DNA from: Coniocarpon cinnabarinum
Taxonomy: Eukaryota
DNA length: 64,000 bases
NCBI GenBank assembly: GCA_051942205.1
Contig: JAVECO010000093.1
Location: 1 to 64,000 of the forward strand
Reading direction: 5' to 3'
Below, in pieces: positions 13,376 to 26,253 of this stretch. A model generated the notes under the pieces. The model was not told the DNA's origin. It worked only from the letters and a program-made list of their open reading frames with translations, and ran no database searches. Made by a program: the position numbers and the translations under genes. Each line of letters starts with the position of its first letter. The first letter of the stretch is position 1.

Positions 13376-14296
13376 CTACATGACCATCCGCGTGACGGTC
13401 GTATACATGTGGTGATGTGTCGCATCATTAGAGCTATTCGCATCATCACGTCGTAAGCGCTCCAATAGTTCTGCTCGAAGCCTGATCAAGCTACCATTCA
13501 AGTCATGTTTCTCTGCCCCAGACTCCTGAGCAGTCTTTGCAATCGAGGCACTCTCAGAAAGGGTGTACGGCATTTTGACGAGAATCCCATCTGCCTCTTC
13601 AGATCTGCGACTACGATCACGGACGATGCGACGAATCATTTCATCGCGAGATTGGGCATCGACCGCATGGAAGAACCATGCTGAGAAAATGAAAGGTCTG
13701 GGATGTTTACCATTTGCAACTCTTGTGGCGGGACGGCTTCGCGTACGAACTTGATCTGTTCTCTGAGATAGACGTGGGTTAGGGTGGCAAAAGGCGGATT
13801 GCTGCTCATACCCGAGGACGTCTTCACGCAACGCACAGAGTCATGCCGGGTGCCAGCCGTGCAATGAGCTGTAATCTCTTAGGGTGGAGCAATTACGTAT
13901 CATATTCGTTCTGGACTTCCATGTAGAAGCAGGGCTGCCACGCTCCGTACAGGTCACACGAATATGGCTTCTTCAGATGGAGATAGCTTCCTCTTACTGT
14001 GACTGTTCTCGGCTCGACAGATACTTGAGGCACAAGATAACACACGCACGAAGAGAGCCCAGTGATAGCTGTTGGACTCGTCGTCGGTGGCAGAAAAAAT
14101 CAGTAGTTCGAGGTCTATTGCGGTGATGTCTACATCGTTGTCATTAGTGTCTTGGAATGAGAGAACCCTCGTCAGCCGCAGCAAAAGGTATAATTCTTTT
14201 TGTCTGCCTGAAGACATTGAGTCGCTTGTCACTTACCAACTAGACCTTTGCCGTTTCTGAAGCCTACAAATCGACCTTTTTGCATAATGGTTGCAT
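13376..14296 (-). pseudogene. Decayed paralog of the 15012-15802 gene (HWALFV...SQAW family)
   Basis: Segments DLELLIF...YHWALFV, GSYLHL and VPPQELQMVNIPDLSFSQ/AWFFHAVDAQSRDEMI align to the neighbour but lie in different frames. There is an in-frame TAA after EYDT and a 1-nt deletion at about 13680 (TCT CAG [G]CA TGG). Confidence 0.7.
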
Positions 14297-15011
14297 TGAA
14301 ATCATCCATGGTTTTGTTCGTATACTATCGCGAGGTCAATCACTGAACCAGTTGTGAATCAATTGTCTCAGAATGCTCCACACTTTCTGACGCGGCCGTG
14401 ACAAGATTGAAAAAAGCAAGTCGTGCAAGCGCGTTGGTGATTGGAAGATGTAACAAAAAGCGACAGCGAAGACAATCAAGAACAGGGTCAAGTGATGAAG
14501 CCCACGATAAGTGTCGTTGGCTCTTGTGCTACGAAAGGACACAGCCATGAAGAGAACCGAGAACTGCTCGACACACAATCTAGGATGGTTTGGCAGCTCT
14601 TGCCAATTTCAGGTAATCCATGCTTCTGCTCGCCATGCTGGGAAACGATGGCCGGTCAAGACGGACCGAGTTGCATCCCAACTCGGTGACAAGGCCGGGG
14701 CAATTGACAGAAGATCAGACGTGGCGTGCAAAGAGTCAACAAATCCAGAAATTGTGGCAGTGCTAGCAGGTGGAGAGATGCAAGGTCCCTTTTCAGAAAA
14801 ATCTTGAAAAACTCGGCAAGCCCAATACGGATTAATTGACTCGCCCTTTGCCTGACACACTAAACGTCCATATCCAGCCACTACACTGCCGGGAATATGA
14901 TGTTCGCCAACTGTTCAGCGTCTCATTTCGTTGCAGACAACCTGCCAGAGACCACATCGATGGCTTTCGGACCAACGCAGACCTGCAAAGGCGCGTGCAC
15001 CCAGGCCAGGA

Positions 15012-15802
15012 TCAACAACTGGACGACGACTCCCAGATCTGGGGATGAGTCTCCTCAAGGGCCGACAATGGGGGTCGCTTTGGAATGCGTTCATCGAAGA
15101 TTATGCCGTCGAGTAGAAGATCTCGGCATAGAACATCCACAACCTGGTAAACCCAAGCCTGGGAGTAACTGTATGTAGGGCGACCAGATATCTTCAAATC
15201 TTGATTCGGAAGGCCTTTGACGCTCAAGCACACTTCTTCGAAGCGATCTTTGCACGATCCGGACTCCAAATTGACAAAGTGCCAGTCCAAGTCCTTCAGC
15301 TCGCTTCGGGGACGAAATCGCATTTCTCTTGGCGTGCCCAATACCATCTCACCTACACCCTTCCAAATTCCAATGGGTTCACGCTTCCGGAGATTGGGTG
15401 TGTTCAAGCCCGCCTCGTACCAGTTAACGATTTTGACGTCGTCGCGAAAGTGACCCTCGCCGTTGCCATCGTCCACGTAGGACCTCTCAAGATGAAGGCA
15501 TTTCCCAGCCTCTGTGGATCGCTATCAGCTCACACGGTTTCGCTGAGGCTGCAGTATTCAGACACACGCTCGTCCTTCCTCGGAACAAAGAGGGCCCAAT
15601 GATCATTTATAGGCTCTTGGTCGCTATTACTCTTGAATATCAATAGCTCGACGTACTGGGTGGATGTGCCTGTGGAGCTCGTTAGAGCAACGTATGTTTG
15701 TAAATGCTCTCTTCCAAAGCGAGGTATATGATGGGTTTGTAACGACGCTGAGATGTTTTATACTACTAACACAAACTCTGACATACCAGTCTGATGGCTC
15801 AT
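15012..15802 (-). CDS. Small fungal protein of the HW...xQxW type (DUF6540-like, from memory), 3 exons
   Basis: Spliced MSHQTG|TSTQYVELLIFKSNSDQEPINDHWALFVPRKDEQ|AGKCLHLERSY...PTYSYSQAWVYQVVDVL...; phase-compatible introns 15670-15786 (GTATGT..CTAAC..CAG) and 15512-15567. Confidence 0.72.
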
Positions 15803-17580
15803 AATTGTGTATGTGTATAAGCCACAAGTGACTTGTTAGCTAGGGCACCTGGATGGTGAGATGACAAAGCGCTGTGATGCTAGATTGCAATAAGAAAGAG
15901 GCTCGAAAGGACGATTCTAGATAGGTGAGAGATCAGAGAATGTGGGAGAAGCATGACAACAGACATGGCGAGAAGCTTGTATATATAATGCATTGCTACA
16001 AACGCAGTGCAGCAGGCGCTGTACTTTTGCTCACCGTGATTTCACACCGAAAGCAACCAGAAAACGCCGTGAAAGGAGAAAGTTCATCGGTGACGCTTGC
16101 TGCCTTTTTGCGCAGCAGCAAACGATCAAAGTATCGGTGAATACCAATGAATTTCGACACATGATTCGACTTGTATCACAGCCAGCAACGTCATCGAACG
16201 GGCTTCAGCGGTCGTGGCGATGTCGGTCAAGGCGTGCCATCATGCTTGGAAAACCCGGATTGGGCACTCTCGCGGATGAGGGTGCATCTCACCGGGCATG
16301 GCGGAGGCAAATATCTTCAAATCGCCCTGTGCATATCGAAACATGATCCTGAAGGTCGCACATGACATCTTTCGCTCTCCAAAATGGGTCTTGCGTTGAG
16401 CAAGCTCGATGCCTCGAACAATCCAAGACTTAGCAGCAAGGCGTGGAGGGGAGGAGCAGCTTAGGCTGTGTCACTGAGATGGAGATCCAGCCGAAGGGGT
16501 TTGACCGCTTCAACGCCACCATATGAATGCACGGAGCGACTCAAGATCAATCGTGCGAGTCTCGAAAATAAGTTTCTAGCCAGTCGCTGCTTCTTGAGTC
16601 CGAGTTGAAGATCAACATTGCTACCCAACAGGTTTCTACCGCACCCAGTCCGCGGCTCTGCGGCTCTGCGGCCACACGCAGCCGCGCCGACAGTACTGCA
16701 GCGTTGGTCAACGGTGCGTCCGCTAGGGCCGGTTCGCCATGTTACGATCGCCACCGGGCTGTGCACAATGATGTAGTGCATGGCCAAATGCGTGTGCAGG
16801 CGTTTGATGATCCACTCAAAACTTGGTCAATCCACGAAGATTGTTTGCATTTCAATTGAGAGTTGGCAACAGAAGGCCTACCAAAGCAAACACAGAGCGG
16901 GGCTTGGTCGGGAGAGCGTGCGCAAGATCCAAGAGCAGCGTGAAAGCGGCGTCACCGCAAAAGCGATATGTCCTGGCGGAAAACAGGCTGTATTGCAAGC
17001 GAAGTAGTAGCCAGACCATCGCAGTGCCTGATGCCGTGCTGTCCAAACGCTGATGATGTGCAAGACGCAGGCTGGGCCTTGCGATGCCGGCCGTTGAACA
17101 TGAAATATCACATGGGCTGAATCGTGTCACTCATCATCGGCATGCGTGCCGACTACCCCAGGAGTTTCAAATCGATGCAATGCGGAACGGCTCGACCGTT
17201 GGAAGCTGCAAGGCACCCACTGCGTTGCATATTGCGTCTGCGGCAAGCTCCTGCCGATTGGATCTTGGGCCCTCGAGCATAATGAGACTTTCCTGCGCCT
17301 CTCGTGACACGTGGGCAGAGCGTTCGCATCTGCGGGTGACGCCTTGGGCACTGCTGTTACCACCGGAAGTGAAGCAGATCCACCGTATGCAGGGTCCCGC
17401 GACCATCTGCTTTACAAGTGGTGCGCACAAATACCTGGGCAAGACTTAGTCCGCGAACACATTACCTGCATTACCACGTACTTTAACCGTTGAAATGTAG
17501 GGAAGGCGGGGAGCAAGGGACATGGCTGAGTAGTAACACAATGCACTTCACCGGTAGTCTTTCTTTCACCATGCATGATT

Positions 17581-18330
17581 TCACTGTGACGTCGCTGGAG
17601 CCGTCACGAGTTCTCCGTTGCGTTTGGTATCCACAAAGGTGTCTCTCAGGCGCGCCTCCACTCTCGCAACATCTTGATGAGCCTCGTTGCGCACCTCAGT
17701 GCCATGCTCTTCCCACCAGCTTATCGGCCAAAACGCAACAGCAGCGACCACACAGACGAGTGTTGACAGCAGCTGGAAAGTTGTAACAAAGATGCTACCG
17801 AATGGCCACGAAAAGAACTTGAAGAACTGATCGGTCTGGTAGAGGTCATTCTGGGAGGCGATGTAGTACTTGTTGTTGCTCGCTTTCTTGAGCTTGAGGA
17901 CAGTGGTGAGCTCGACGGGAGCCTTGAAGAACGGGACGAAGAAGATGCTGAAAACTTGGAAGATGGTGACGTAAAGAATGAGGTTTTGTTGATCGTACGC
18001 TGAACCTCTGATCAGTATGGGCTGATAAGAAGGAGGCAAAACACCGGGCACACCTATCGATTTGACGTCCAGCTCGATGTTTGGACTCATGATCTTGTAC
18101 CAGCGGTATATCGCTTGGATGAGAAATCGAGAGTTGTCGAAGCTGCCTGTACGGCAGAAAGGGTGAATGAACTCGGCATCGCTGGTGAAGTATTTGTGGA
18201 GAGCAGTCCGTTGAACGGAGGGTGGGCTTTGTGTCAAGGCACGAATGACAGGCTGTAGCTACCTGTTAATCCTGCGTCAAGCTGGTAACTCCAGTCGACT
18301 TACTTCGATGTCGTTGATCGGGTCGTCCAT
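17581..18330 (-). CDS. Conserved fungal NTF2/SnoaL-like protein with C-terminal TM segment
   Basis: MDDPINDIE|PVIRALTQSPPSVQ...YFTSDAEFIHPFC...IYRWYKIMSP...YYIASQNDLYQ; introns 18253-18303 and 18000-18053. Confidence 0.8.
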
Positions 18331-18700
18331 CTTGAGCAGATTTCGAGGTCAATGCGCAAAAATTTGATGGTAGAACGCAAGGTCAGGATGCTTGAAGGCG
18401 GAAAAGAGTTGGTGGCTGTAGTCAAAGAAGCAAAATCTTGTATGGCGGACTTGGAGACTTCGACGGCACAAATGAGAGCTTTCACGTGCTTTCACGTGCA
18501 AGCAGGGAGCTTGACGGATTGGGAAAAGCTATATAGCTATGCGCGAAAAGCCCCCGAACCGGCATGTTGTGATAGAGAGTCATCCATCAAAATTCACGCG
18601 GGCATGTGCTTCTTTCCTTAAGCATGCACGCATGAATGAGTGGACGCAGAGCAGGTATACCGGAGGCCTCAGTCCAATCTCACCAATACATTCGCTTCGT

Positions 18701-21700
18701 CTACGCACTCGCTTCGGCCTCAGCCTGTCGACTGGCTATACTGCCCATCCGCCAGCCCGACTTCGGATCTCTGCCCTTCTCTTCTCGACTCTCAGCCCCC
18801 TCTTCGCCCCACCCACCACCTCCAGGTGTTCTGACAATGATGCGCTCTCCAACCTCCATCTCTGCTGTGTTTTTGCCCCCTATGCTTATGTATCGATGTT
18901 CCCAGTCATTCTCATCATTATGATCATGATTCGTGTATCCGTTGACTCGTCCGTCTCTGGCTTTCGTAGCCTCCTTGGCGTTCACATCTGCATCACTTCC
19001 TCGAAGCTTCTTTACCCTCCTTACCCAAACATTCTGCCCCACAGCCCCGTCTTCTCCCCCTTCCATGCCATACGGTCTGAACACTCGCCTTTCGCTGAGT
19101 ATACTCACTGTCAGGGCCTTGCGGAACTCAATGTCCCTCACGACACCGTCGCCTCCTCTATGCATGCCCTTACCTCCTGTTGCGTGTCGCAATCCAAACT
19201 CCCTGAGCAATACAGGATACCTTCGCTCAAAGACCTCGGCATCTGTGATTCGTGTGTTCGTCATGTGTACGTGTACGCCACTTGCACCGCTCCATGTTGG
19301 ACCTGCTCCAGATCCACCAGCAATCGTTTCGTAGTAGCCGAAGCCTGGAATGACTTTCTTCTCGCCTGTCTTCTCATCAACACCGGTTGATCCTCCGAAG
19401 CCAAAAGTCAGATTGTTGCAGCAGCCTTGACTTGCAGCACAAGCTCCAAAGGCGCGCAAGACCACATCAGTCACACGTTGTGATGTCAGAACGTTGCCAC
19501 CGACAACTGCAGCCGTCGCTGATGGAGAAAGGAAGCAGCCTTTCGGGATAAGAATTTTGATGGGAGTAAGACAGCCTTGATTGAGCGGAATGTCTTGAGC
19601 AACCAGCGCACGGAGGCAGTAGATGATGGCAGAGTAAGTGACGGCTTCTGGAGCATTTGTGTTCGCGTAGACTTCTGGTCCAGAGCCCGAAAAGTCGAAC
19701 GTTGCTTCGCCCTTATCAGCGTCAATGGATATTGATAAGTTGATAGGAGAGCCATCATCCATGTAGTCAACAGCCTTGAGGTCGGTGTTCGGGTATCGCT
19801 TCGCGACCTGTTTCAATAGGGTGCGCACAGAAGATTCAGCGTTGAGTTGGATGTTCTGCATGTAGTGCTGGACGACATCCTCGCCATACTCGGAGATGAG
19901 AGTCGATATGAGCGTGATACCTTTCTGATTTGCAGCAATCTGAGCTTTGAGATCGTTGAGGTTATCGGCCAAGCATCTCGTGCCGCTGCATCCTGGCCAT
20001 TGCGCCGGGTCGTGTTGCAGCAGCTGTATGATCCGCTTCTCGTTGAACTGACCTTCCGAGACAAGCTTCTCAGACTCTATAGCTGCACCTTCTTGAAAGA
20101 GCTCGTGAGAACGAGGTGGCATGGACCCCGGAAGAATGCCACCAATGTCGGCATGATGAGCGCGGGAAGCAACGTAGAAGACGATGTTGCCTTTGCTAGA
20201 GAAGGCTGGAGTCACAGCCGTAATGTCGGGAAGATGCGTGCCACCAAACATAGGGTGATTGGAAACGAGCACATCTCCTGGTCTGAGTTTGCCTTTCCAG
20301 ATCTGAGCTTGCTTTTGAACGCAGGTAGACATGCTGCCTAGATGCACTGGAAGATGAGGCGCATTCGCCACGAGACCACCATCTGCATCGAATAGGGCGC
20401 ATGAATAATCCAGGCGTTCCTTGACATTCGTGCTTACTGAGGTCTTTTGCAGAGCGCGGCCCATCTGCTCAGCAATAGCCATAAAACGGTGCGAAAAGAT
20501 TGAGAGCATGATCGGGTCAACTTCCTCAGAGCTGACCTTACGCTCGTGTTGTTGATGTGAGTCTCCTTCACCAATGTTGATCACGACATGCGTCTCAATC
20601 ATCAAGGCTGAAGCGGTGGGTGGAATGACTATTGTTTGAGTACCATCAGCCAGGATAGCCGGACCACGCAGACGCTCTCCGAGTTTTACGTCCTCCAGTT
20701 TGATAATCGGCGTGTCGTATCGTCCACCTTCGAAGTAAGCCTGACGCACATCAAATGCCCTGGTCTTAGCATCAACGCTGATAGGATTGACTTCATTCAG
20801 CTGCTGATCTACTGTCTTTTTCAACCCATTGAAAGTTTTGCCGATGCCTCGAGCGCGCACATCATCCACAATGATGTCCCGATCAGGTAACGTAAAGCCA
20901 AATTCTTGGTGATGCTGTTCGATGAAAGCCTTGTGAAATGCCCATTCCTCCCCTTCAAACCTCGATTTAGCATCTTCATCACTTGGCCTTACTACCATCA
21001 GCGCCGACTCTGTGCCTCTATACCGCATATTGAGGTATTCTTCGAATGCAACATTTTCCTCGCTGAAACCTTGATCTTTCAAGACAGACGTTGACTTTTT
21101 CTTCAATTCATTCATCTTCGACTGCAGATACTTCTTCGTGTCGTCGTTCTTCCATACTGTTGACTCAGGCTCTTGTCTCTCATCGACGACATCCGCAAGT
21201 GCCATACCATATGCTGAAAGGACGGACGAATACCTATGAATCAATATCTGGCTAATACCCAAAGCTTCGCCAATGGCCACTGCGTGCTGGCCTCCTGCTC
21301 CACCAAATGTCGCGAGACGATGCTTAGAAGTATCATGTCCTCTTGCCTCAGTGAGTGACCTGATAGGTCTCGTCATAGTCTCGTTCGCCACCGTGATGAA
21401 TCCGAAGGCTACCTTATCCGGAGTCATGGCGTCTTTTCCGGTCCCTTTGAGCTCCTGGTTGATCTGCTTAGTCAATTGTTCGAATTGCCTCCTGCTTGCG
21501 TCCGCATCCAGGCCCTCATTCTCGTTCTTCCCAAAGATCTTGGGGAAGAAGTCTGGAACGAGTCTACCGAGGAAAAGGTTTGCGTCTGTGATTGTGAGTG
21601 GGCCACCTTTGCGATAGCATGCAGGACCAGGGTGTGCGCTGGCAGACTCTGGGCCAACGACAAACAAGCCGTTGCGCCAGAACAGTCGCGAGCCCCCACC

Positions 21701-22941
21701 CGCAGCGACTGTATTGATGTCTAGCTGCGGCGACTGGATCGTGACGCCTGCCGTGGTTGTTTCAAATACGTGATCATAACGCCCTTCGCCGTATCGGCTC
21801 ACGTCTGTGCTGGTCCCACCCATATCAAAACCGATGACGGGCGTCTTGGTTTTCTCATCGTACGAGGTCATGGCGTATCCCACGACGCCGCCAGCAGGGC
21901 CTGATAATATTGCTTTGAGCCCAGAAAAAATTCCAACATCCACCAGCCCGCCATCAGACTGCATAAACTCGCATCTCGCCCCTTTTGACCCATGTTCGTG
22001 CTTGACGCTTTCTTTTCCCAAGCCACCTTCGAAGCCTTTACTGAATCCCTCGATGTACTTCCGTATTGCTGGCGTCAGATACGCGTCTGCGCAGGCGCTT
22101 GTCGCCCGAGGCACGAGTTTGATCATCGGCATGAGTTCAGAACTCAGACTTACATGGGTGAAGCCGATTTCTCTCGCGATTCGGCCCACAATCTTTTCGT
22201 GTTTGGGAAAAGTATAGCTGTGCATCAAACATACAGCGACTGACCTAAGACCTTCATCGTACGCTCTCTGCAAGTTCTGCCGTACTTCATTTTCCTCTAC
22301 TCTTCGCAAAATCCTCACTGTCTCTCCACTTAAGCCTTTGACGAGGTCGGCGTGTGAACCTGCCCTCTCAATGCTCTCAGCCTGTGTCTCATGCCTCTCC
22401 GGATCTTCGGCATAGTCTTCCAAAGTCACCCTCTCATCGACCTCTACGACCTGCTTATACAGCACGTCTGGCTTTCTGATTGCCAAGTCGAAGATGTTGG
22501 GCCGACTCTGATTGCCGATCTCTAAGCAATCCCGGAATCCCTTTGTCACGACCATTGCAATGTCTTGTCCTTTACGCTCAAGCAAGGCATTGGTAGCCAC
22601 CGTTGTGCCCATACGGATGGACTCGATCCGAGAAGTATCCAGGGGCTCACCGCGGGGGATCTCACGGCCCTCGAACTTGGAGAGCAGTCGTCGAATGCCC
22701 TCGAGTGGCGCATCATCATAGTTTTGTGGATCCTCGGACAGGAGCTTGATAATCACATCATCTTCCATGCGGCCCGTTCCCAGGCTCGAGATGCAATCTG
22801 TAAACGTTCCGCCACGCTGGATGCTTCAGCCAAGCTTCCAAAGCATAAACTAACCACAATGTCCTCCAAGTAATGAGGTGGTGGGGAGACTGGGGCTCAA
22901 CTTACGTCAATGGCTATCTTAATTCCCTTTTTACCAGGCAT
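18701..22941 (-). CDS. OXP1: 5-oxoprolinase (ATP-dependent; hydantoinase A/B domains)
   Basis: MPGKKGIKIAID|RGGTFTDC across intron 22817-22905; GTTVATNALLER, DMGGTSTDV, ERLDYSCALF and HMTNTRITD motifs in a 1355-aa ORF. Confidence 0.97.
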
Positions 22942-23344
22942 TATGCTATCTGCTCTGTGCAAAAAATTTGCGTCTCAGTCCAATAGAGCAAGCTGCATGT
23001 ATATATTCGGCGTGCCTAATCATTTACTGTGACGTAGCGATCAAGACACTGTACCGGTCCAACGCAACCGAGACCGGAGCTTTTAGAAGTCATCGATAGA
23101 CGCCGTGAGAAACGTATCCGGAGAATCTGATGCAGATACAGTAAGATCTCGAAAACGATGAATGCTTACTGCCGGTCAGTGGCGTGGTTATGCACGTGAT
23201 TCCAGTCGAAGCGGGTAAAAATACGTGGCACGGTTCATGACTCGATAATGTGCAATTAGGTATCTAATTATTACAGCTTGCCCGCTTACCGTCCTTATTT
23301 GCCCCTTTTCCATTCTCTACCAACCGTGTATGTGATTAATACAT

Positions 23345-26253
23345 CTAGACCAAAGGTATTACCGCCCAAGCGAGAAGTGCGAAGAAGACCGAGTCGAGCC
23401 CGAGCAGCGCCTTCGAGTCCGATGCTCCTGCGGTCAGAGTATTCGATGGAGATGACCCGGCAGACGTCCGATTCACGCTCGGGGAGGCTGCAGCACTCGG
23501 ACTGCTTGTCGAAGTAGACCCTGTCCTTGTAGCCGAGTTGCTCCGTGTCATGTCAGACGGCTGCAATGTCTGCACACTGGTCCCTACTGCAGCCGAGCGC
23601 CCATCAGATGCCAGAGAAACAGTCTGTCCTTGGAGCGTCGCAACAGAACCTGGCGTGAGTGTTTGAGAGCCGATCACGTACGACCCTTGCGCATTGGGCG
23701 TGACTTCGGTAGAGCCGATGGACAATGGTACAACCGTAGGCTGTAGTGCCTGTGTCTGGCCTCCTACTACCGCGTATGAAGAACCTATTGACACCGGTGT
23801 TCCCGCAATAGTTTGGGGGCTGCCTCCTACACTCAGTGTTTGGCCATCCGCTGTGAACACGCCCTGCGAGTTTGCAGACAATACTTGCGAGCCCACCGTG
23901 ATCTGGGGCACAGCAGGCGCGTAGCGTGTAGGTGCCCCCTGGACACTCTGTGATATCCCATTCACAACCGCCGCAGACCCACCTGGAGCGACGGAGATGG
24001 TGTTTCCAGCCGCAGTGATTGCTGGACCACCTGGAGCTGCCGTTTGACCTCCGATTACGAACACTGGTCCGCCTTGCACAGGAGTGAGTGCTGCGCCGCC
24101 CACCGTTAGAGTACCGGCAGTGCCGATTCGTTGCGTGTTATCTCCAACAACAGCGACATCGCCTCCTTGTGCAATGGACACTGTTTGGCCACCGACTTGC
24201 GTTGCTTGCTGGCCTGGCTGTATTGTGACTCCATTGCCAACAAACACAGGTTGAGGGGCACTGCCTGTAGCGACGACACCTCCCGCACTTAATACTGGCG
24301 CTCCGCCCACAGCATTACCTGGCGCTGCGTTACCTGAACCGGGCGCCGCTTGATTTCCCGCGTTTCCAGGCGTTAGGTTAGGCGCGACGCTTTGGCTTGG
24401 GGAATTTTGCTCTGGTTGTGTTGCTCCATTTGATGGTGCTGAACCGCTTCCCATGCCAGATGCAATCAAGGGACCCAGAGCGTCAGAAGCCTGACCTGGT
24501 GCAGGCGCGGCGTTGGCGGGTCCTGCATTTCCAGGTCCTGCGTTGGGTGAGCCCGAAGTTCCCTGATCATTTTGGCCGTTACTAGGAGCAACTGCAGGAG
24601 CGGCAACGGGAGCAGAACCAGGATTGCTGTCTGGCTGTGATTGTGATCCAGAATTTCCTTGTTGGGGCGGTGGCAAGGAATTGCTGCTTTGCTCCGATTG
24701 TTGTCCAGAAGTTCCCTGAGGTGGTGGCGGCGGCGGCGGCGAAGGAGTGTCGACAGTCTGCTGAGGAGCTACGACGCCCGATTCGGTTGGCGGTGAGGGA
24801 GCATTGTCATTCGGGGGTAGGGGCTGTGAGTTGCCTGACTCCGCGGGCGCGGCAAGACCTAGAGCACCAGAGACTGGGCCGCTACTTTGTGCTGGACGTG
24901 GAGGCTGGACAGTGTTCGCCGGTGGATTGCTCTGACCTTGAGGTGCAGCGGTAGCGGGAGGGTTGGCATTCGAGACTTGTGCAGGCGGTTGTGATCCGAC
25001 TTGCGACTGTGGTGGCGGCTGAGAGCTTGCCGAACCTGGAAGCGGTGGGTTGCGAGACACAGAGGGTGGTGGAGCAGGATTATTAGTGGCAGCTGGGGGA
25101 GAACTTGCTGAGGCGGCAGGTTGCGCGAATGTTCCTGCGAGTCGGCGCGTCTTCGACAAGAATAAGCCATAACGCGTGCGCACCATTTCCTTATGATACT
25201 TACCGATGTAACAGTTGCGAAAGCTGCAGTTGCCTCAGCTTGAGCCGCTTCGGGCGGTAACATACTCAACACAGAACAGGAGACGGGGGCAAAATCCGCG
25301 AATGTCTCCGACAATTGTTCGAATACTTCAAAAGCAAAGAACGTTGCTGTGTAATGCCTGGACGCACGTGGTCAGTGTATGAAAGACAAGGCTTTCTGGC
25401 ACAATCACGCTCACCATCCTCTCGTATCAGACGGATCAAGCTTATCGACCTGTTGGGAGGGAAACGGATGAGAGGGAAATAGTTGAGAGACGGAGGTCGG
25501 TTGCGTCACGCATTGGGAGACGCCGTTAGTGGTTATGGGAGCCACGCCCTTGTCTACGTCGAGCTTGTCAATACACGGGCTGCTAGCAGAGCCTTTATAC
25601 CAAAGTCTTTGGACCCGGAGACTCACATGATATGTAATTGTCATAGTCCACGATCAGCGAGGGGTATGTTGCGGTTTGGGTGACATTGCGATTCAACTTG
25701 GAATCGAAGTCGACGGCAGTAGTAGTGACTACGCCCGCAGACTGCACAGCGATTAGCTGACTATGACCTTGTCTGCTCGCTTCTGGCATTCTAGGATGCG
25801 TACGTTGGTTGTCGTAGGCACGGTGTAACCACCCAGATCCGTGGCGGTCTCCGTGCTGAAGCTCGTGTGGTTCTGCGCATCTATTATGGCGAACACGGTC
25901 TCATGAGTGATGGTCGTGTTGACTGGTAGCGGGTACCTCGTGTCTCCAGTCAGCTTGTGATATGAGAACGAAGCGCGTCTGCAGGGTAGAGAAACACACC
26001 ATGACATAGTACTTATTATGACCGGAGCCCGAGTACAGTTGAGCGGACATGGTGTGATAGATCCCTGCGGAGCTGAATTTGTCGCAGTCACGTTTCCATA
26101 GGCAGGAGCTGGCATTCTCTTAGTCCCTTGTGTTTTTTTCCCCTTTGAAATAGGGCGTTGCGGAGGCAATCGCATCAACTTACTCGACAGCTGGGCGAAT
26201 GAACAGCTGATCGCTCTAAGCAGCGTCCACAACGTGAGATGGAGTCGAGACAT
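23345..26253 (-). CDS. Secreted, probably GPI-anchored mucin-like cell-wall protein (Pro/Ser/Gln/Gly-rich, with GGQT beta-repeats)
   Basis: Signal-peptide-like MSRLHLTLWTLLRAISCSFA. About 5 introns between 25.1 and 26.0 kb. Low-complexity P/S/Q region, repeated xGGQTxx motifs, Ser/Thr stalk and hydrophobic C-terminus ...FFALLAWAVIPLV*. Confidence 0.75.

Noticed and set aside
14336..14900. Short ORFs, one with a hydrophobic stretch, between the HWALFV paralogs
   Set aside because: No ATG or splice model that I can support.
15900..17500. Many short overlapping ORFs
   Set aside because: No recognisable domain or coherent exon chain; left unannotated (could be a decayed or orphan gene).
18539..19390. 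283-aa plus-strand ORF
   Set aside because: Mostly antisense to the OXP1 3' end; composition typical of a shadow frame.
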